From positions 52,658 through 72,657 of the IMG/VR virus record IMGVR_UViG_3300031787_000077: a DNA stretch of 20,000 nt; one strand, 5' to 3'. The position numbers and the translations under genes are program-made. The notes under the pieces are model-generated. The model saw nothing but the letters and a program-made list of their open reading frames with translations. It made no database searches and had not been told where the DNA came from. Positions 16,375-20,000 of the stretch are shown here, piece after piece (the stretch's first letter is position 1; each line of letters starts with the position of its first letter). Source of the stretch: an uncultured virus (IMG/VR IMGVR_UViG_3300031787_000077) (Duplodnaviria; Heunggongvirae; Uroviricota; Caudoviricetes).

Positions 16375-18300
16375 ATGGGTGGAATAGTTAGACTCAATCA
16401 ACTTCCAGAAGGTAGCGGTAATCTTACCAATGATGATATTTTTGTATTTATGGATGATCCATCTGGTAATGCTGTTACTAAAAAAATTAGTTTGAGCGAT
16501 TTGAACGCGGCTATGGGTGGCGCTGGCGAATCTGTAATGGTTGCCGGCTCAGGCACCGGCAGCATCGTCGGCCTGCCGACAGCGAACACGAATGTCGCCA
16601 GCGGCGACTACGGCGTAGTCGCTGGCGGCTACGGCAACACCGCCGGCGGAAACTACAGTTTTGTGGGCGGCGGCGGCTGGGATTCGCCAACCGGCGGAAA
16701 CACGGCGAGCGGCACTTACAGCGTTGTAGTGGGCGGTTGGGAAAACGTGGCAGAAGGCGACGCGGCGTTTGTCGGCTCTGGCGGAGAAAATACTGCCAGC
16801 GGACTCTACAGCGTGATCGGCGGCGGTCAGTCCAACGCCGCCAGCAACGATTACTGTGTTGTTGCTGGTGGTCAGAGCAACCTTGCCAGCGACACATCTA
16901 GCGTGGTCGGCGGCGGCAAGAACAACATCTCTAGCGCCAACTGCAGTGTGGTCGGCGGCGGAGATGGCAATGCCGCTACCGGCGCTCGAAGCACAGTAGC
17001 AGGCGGCGGCGCGAACACCGCCAGCGGCGACTATAGCGTGGTCGGCGGCGGCGAGAACAACACCGCGTCCGGCAATTACTCCAGCGCCGTGTTCAGCGGA
17101 AAAAACAACACCGCCAGCGGGTATCGGTGCTTCGTAGGCGGCGGAAAGGACAACACGGCGAGCGGCTACGGCTACGACGTTATCTGCGGTGGATACTACA
17201 ACGTCGCAACAGACGGAATCATCGTCGGCGGTGGGCATAATACTGCCAGCGGTTTTTACAGTTTCATCGGGGGCGGACACTACAACACCGTCACGGGTGA
17301 TCGTTCGGTCATTTGCGGCGGCGGAAAGGCACTTGGCGGCTTCCCGCCACTGCCAACCGAAGGCAATACCGTAAGCGGCAACTATTCATTCGTCGGCTGT
17401 GGAACCCTGCACTCCGTCGGCTCTGAACACAGCGTCGTCGTCGGCGGAAGGCAAAATTCGGTGTCAGGAAGTGGATACGCCTTCATCGGCGGCGGGAAGC
17501 AGAACAACGCCCAAGACAAGTTCTCCACCATCAGCGGCGGATACTCAAACAACGTCCAATACGACGGGTACGGGACTTATGTAACGGCCTCGACTGTTTG
17601 CGGCGGCCGATACAACACCATTTGGGGTAGCGGATACGATTGCTTCATCGGTGGCGGAGTTAGCAACACTGCTGGCGATATCTCCAGCACGGTTGCGGGC
17701 GGCAGCAACAACTCCGCAACGAATCCTTATACAACGGTAGGCGGCGGAGTAGGCAATGCCTGCTCTGGGATGGGTTCGGTCATCAGCGGAGGGCAGAACA
17801 ACACAACGAGTGCGTACTTTTGCTCCATCACTGGAGGCCGTTCGGCTGTTGCTGACCGAATTGGGATGCAAGCATACGCGGTCGGAGCGTTTGCGGCTAA
17901 TGGAGATGCGCAGCGGGTGAATTTCGTCCTGCGGGCCGTCACCACCGACGCTACGGCCACGCCTCTCACGATAGATTGGAATGGGTCCGGCGGTGTATAT
18001 CTGACTATCCCAACCGGCAAAGCCCTGTTCGCAACCGTCAACGTGGCTGGCATCATCAATGGCGGCAGCAAAGCGGCGCACTACTGCCGAAAAGTCGCGA
18101 TCAAGAACATCGGCGGAACGACGAGCCTCATCGGCACGGTCAGTACGGTCGGGACTGACGTTGAGGACGACGCCGCGTATGCCGTTGCCATCACGGCCGA
18201 CGACGCCAGCGACGCATTGCTAATCAACGTGACGGGCAAGGCCAGCGAAACGATCCGCTGGGTCGCGCACGTTGATGGCGTGGAGATTGCATATGGCTAA
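16375..18300 (+). CDS. Chimeric Gly-rich repeat fiber/adhesin-like protein (YadA-head/Hep_Hag-like ~15-aa repeats)
   Basis: More than 20 repeats of the form ASGxYSVVGGGxxNT. C-terminal beta domain (GDAQ...LRAVTTDAT...TIRWVAHV). The first ~42 codons are AT-rich and the rest GC-rich. Confidence 0.85.
   Translation: MGGIVRLNQLPEGSGNLTNDDIFVFMDDPSGNAVTKKISLSDLNAAMGGAGESVMVAGSGTGSIVGLPTANTNVASGDYGVVAGGYGNTAGGNYSFVGGGGWDSPTGGNTASGTYSVVVGGWENVAEGDAAFVGSGGENTASGLYSVIGGGQSNAASNDYCVVAGGQSNLASDTSSVVGGGKNNISSANCSVVGGGDGNAATGARSTVAGGGANTASGDYSVVGGGENNTASGNYSSAVFSGKNNTASGYRCFVGGGKDNTASGYGYDVICGGYYNVATDGIIVGGGHNTASGFYSFIGGGHYNTVTGDRSVICGGGKALGGFPPLPTEGNTVSGNYSFVGCGTLHSVGSEHSVVVGGRQNSVSGSGYAFIGGGKQNNAQDKFSTISGGYSNNVQYDGYGTYVTASTVCGGRYNTIWGSGYDCFIGGGVSNTAGDISSTVAGGSNNSATNPYTTVGGGVGNACSGMGSVISGGQNNTTSAYFCSITGGRSAVADRIGMQAYAVGAFAANGDAQRVNFVLRAVTTDATATPLTIDWNGSGGVYLTIPTGKALFATVNVAGIINGGSKAAHYCRKVAIKNIGGTTSLIGTVSTVGTDVEDDAAYAVAITADDASDALLINVTGKASETIRWVAHVDGVEIAYG
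16500..18292. other. High-GC horizontally acquired segment inside a CDS
   Basis: Hand counts: 16441-16500 is 18/60 GC, 16561-16620 is 39/60, 17941-18000 is 36/60, 18481-18540 is 15/60. Codons switch from GGT/GGA/AAT to GGC/AAC/GCC. Confidence 0.95.
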
Positions 18301-18329
18301 GATTCTAACTACTATATTATAGAATCTTA
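18298..18329. repeat. Perfect 10-bp inverted repeat with 12-nt spacer
   Basis: TAAGATTCTA (18298-18307) and TAGAATCTTA (18320-18329). It begins at the stop codon of the chimeric gene. Confidence 0.75.
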
Positions 18330-18347
18330 CCATAATGGAGACAACGA

Positions 18348-19148
18348 ATGAAAAAGTTCTTTTTTATTAGCGGTTTACCACGATCAGGCAGCACACTACT
18401 TTGTAATATATTAGCACAAAATCCTGATCTTTTTATTAGTAAAAGCACTAGCGGTTGTCATGATGTATTATTTGGTATACGAAATCAGTGGGATAAATTA
18501 ATAGAACATCAAGCAGAAGGATTAAATTATAATCAATTAAAAAGTGTGCTAGGTGCAGTATTAAATAATTATCACTATACTAATAAATCTTTAATAGTTG
18601 ACAAAGGGCGAGGTTGGCTAAGTTTGATAGAAATGGCCGAATTTATTCTTGGATATACTCCTAAAATTATAGTTCCAGTACGAAATCTTAGTGAAATATT
18701 AAGTAGTTTTGAAAAATTATGGAGAAAAAGTACAGGATCTACTCAATGGAATTTTGAATCTGGTGATTATTTTAAAGCTCAAACAACAGATGGTCGATGT
18801 GAAATATGGTGCAATCAGTCTCAACCAGTTGGATTAGCATATAATAGAGTTAAAGACGCTATTAGTAGAGGATATAAAGAGAAATTATTATTTTTAGAGT
18901 TTGATAATCTAACATCATATCCAGAACAAACTATAAAAACGGTGTATGACTATTTAGAATTACCATATTATACCCATAATTTTAATAATGTAGAACAATA
19001 TACTCAAGAAGATGATATTGGTGTTCATAAAATACCAGATTTGCATACTATAAGACCAGTAGTATTACCAGTTAATCATGATAGTGATAAAATATTGGGC
19101 AAAATTTTAACACAAAAATACTCTAATCTAGAAATATGGAGAAACTAA
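18348..19148 (+). CDS. PAPS-dependent sulfotransferase family protein
   Basis: 5'-PSB loop FISGLPRSGSTLL..IL.QNP, the DKGRGW motif, 3'-PB motif VRN...ILSS, and a FDNLTSYPEQTI..VYDYL segment. GGAG RBS. Confidence 0.88.
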   Translation: MKKFFFISGLPRSGSTLLCNILAQNPDLFISKSTSGCHDVLFGIRNQWDKLIEHQAEGLNYNQLKSVLGAVLNNYHYTNKSLIVDKGRGWLSLIEMAEFILGYTPKIIVPVRNLSEILSSFEKLWRKSTGSTQWNFESGDYFKAQTTDGRCEIWCNQSQPVGLAYNRVKDAISRGYKEKLLFLEFDNLTSYPEQTIKTVYDYLELPYYTHNFNNVEQYTQEDDIGVHKIPDLHTIRPVVLPVNHDSDKILGKILTQKYSNLEIWRN

Positions 19149-19149
19149 A

Positions 19150-19482
19150 ATGAGCATATTAGATAATAACAATGTTCCAAATCAACCACCACATCTCGCC
19201 AAACATGCTGCTAATAGACTAATAAACATAACTCGTCAAACATATCAGCAAATGGTCACAAGTTTTAATCAAGGGTCCCAAATGTTTTGGAAAAATCCTA
19301 TGGGGGTGTCACCAGAAGCTATTGCATCTGAACTAGGAAATAATGCTAAAGAAATATTTGAATTACACGCTAAACTTGGAGCATTAATAGCTAGTGTGAA
19401 ACCAGAAGCAATCAGTGAAGGTTCTTCATTAGTAGGTAATTTTACAATAAATGATGACGGCACAGTTACTATTAATAACTAA
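19150..19482 (+). CDS. Hypothetical phage protein (110 aa, mostly helical)
   Basis: Starts 1 nt after the sulfotransferase stop, with native codon usage. Confidence 0.8.
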   Translation: MSILDNNNVPNQPPHLAKHAANRLINITRQTYQQMVTSFNQGSQMFWKNPMGVSPEAIASELGNNAKEIFELHAKLGALIASVKPEAISEGSSLVGNFTINDDGTVTINN

Positions 19483-19494
19483 TATCATAAATTA

Positions 19495-19818
19495 ATGATT
19501 AAGCCAGGATATCGCACAAGTGAGTTTTGGTTTACACTAGTAAGCTTCTTATTTAGTGGAGCTTATCTAGTAGGTCTATTAGATAGTGTAAATCAAAAAG
19601 ATGATCTTATAGCAGAAACTAGCAAAGGACTAGAAGCGTTGATCCTAATCATGGGTCAATTGGCTGTGCTATTTCGATATATCAAAGGAAGAAATGATAT
19701 TAAACAAATTTGGTGGACTAATCAAAAAATAGTAGAGGAGAAAAAAGATGTCGAGCCAACAACTAATAAGAGACGAAGTAGAAAAACTAATAAACAGCGC
19801 CCAAGAAAGAGCAAATAG
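19495..19818 (+). CDS. Putative holin-like membrane protein
   Basis: KPGYRTSEFW N-terminus. Two hydrophobic segments (FWFTLVSFLFSGAYLVGLL; ALILIMGQLAVLF). Highly basic C-terminal tail. The CDS is solid; the holin function is inferred. Confidence 0.6.
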   Translation: MIKPGYRTSEFWFTLVSFLFSGAYLVGLLDSVNQKDDLIAETSKGLEALILIMGQLAVLFRYIKGRNDIKQIWWTNQKIVEEKKDVEPTTNKRRSRKTNKQRPRKSK

Positions 19819-19999
19819 TGTTAAAAGATTTGCTTTAGACGAAGCGTGGAAACTATTACAACTAGCCACAGCTAGCGTTGTACAAATTATAGAAGCTATT
19901 GGAAATGACCTTAGTAATCCGTCTAAAAAAGCTTTGGCAGTAGAATTATTGAATAAATACTATGATAAGGTTTTCGTAGTGGTGGATATTCCTTTTGTT
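19748..19999 (+). CDS. Hypothetical protein, 3'-truncated by the window edge, absent from the ORF track
   Basis: GAGGAG RBS at 19735-19740 and ATG at 19748. The frame is open to the end: MSSQQLIRDEVEKLINSAQERANSVKRFALDEAWKLLQLATASVVQIIEAIGNDLSNPSKKALAVELLNKYYDKVFVVVDIPFV. Confidence 0.8.
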   Translation, partial: MSSQQLIRDEVEKLINSAQERANSVKRFALDEAWKLLQLATASVVQIIEAIGNDLSNPSKKALAVELLNKYYDKVFVVVDIPFV

Positions 20000-20000
20000 C

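Noticed and set aside
16374..16520. 9-bp direct repeat TATGGGTGG at the gene start (16374) and near the GC junction (16512)
   Set aside because: It does not flank the GC-rich segment, so it is not a target-site duplication. It is short enough to be coincidence.
16580..17850. CRISPR-like or mobile-element repeat array
   Set aside because: The ~45-nt periodicity is degenerate and follows the protein repeat. There are no identical repeats with unique spacers and no cas or transposase genes.
16398..18158. Multiple long antisense and alternate-frame ORFs (e.g. 16549-17280, 17545-18081)
   Set aside because: These are shadow ORFs expected from high-GC, repetitive coding sequence with few stops. 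They have no recognisable domains.
7820..18330. Diversity-generating retroelement, suggested by the Mtd_N-like domain and the hairpin after a fiber stop codon
   Set aside because: There is no reverse transcriptase in the window, and I found no TR/VR pair differing only at adenines. Mtd_N is a generic fiber N-terminal domain. A remote TR outside the window cannot be excluded.
1045..19869. Short minus-strand and nested ORFs in the AT-rich regions (e.g. 1045-1227, 2621-2842, 4265-4633, 8701-8898, 16049-16246, 19669-19869)
   Set aside because: They overlap well-supported + strand genes and show no protein-like motifs.
1..20000. Stop-codon reassignment (alternative genetic code)
   Set aside because: Genes are full length and densely packed under code 11, and TAA, TAG and TGA all appear as plausible stops.

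Overview
This is a gene-dense, AT-rich (about 25-35% GC in hand-counted lines) segment of a large tailed dsDNA phage genome. All credible genes are on the + strand and read in standard code 11. From left to right: the 3' part of a GMP reductase (guaC); a GT4 glycosyltransferase; two modular charged proteins; a tightly coupled six-gene operon (sigma-70-like factor, degenerate Nudix-like protein, two unknowns, ClpP-like protease with intact triad, DeoC-like TIM barrel lacking its catalytic lysines); then a virion/tail module (LtfC-like adaptor, 1415-aa mosaic tail fiber, lectin-like protein, 1046-aa beta-helix tailspike-like protein, Gly-rich repeat fiber); a sulfotransferase; and a holin-like gene. 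Three signals stand out. (1) About 1.8 kb of ~60-65% GC DNA is fused in frame behind a native AT-rich ~42-codon N-terminus and ends at the stop codon, where a 10-bp inverted repeat begins. (2) The sigma/ClpP operon carries two apparent pseudo-enzymes. (3) An intergenic TTGGTGTA (TTRGTRTA) motif recurs and is a candidate phage promoter. Family assignments come from motif recognition by eye; no searches were run.
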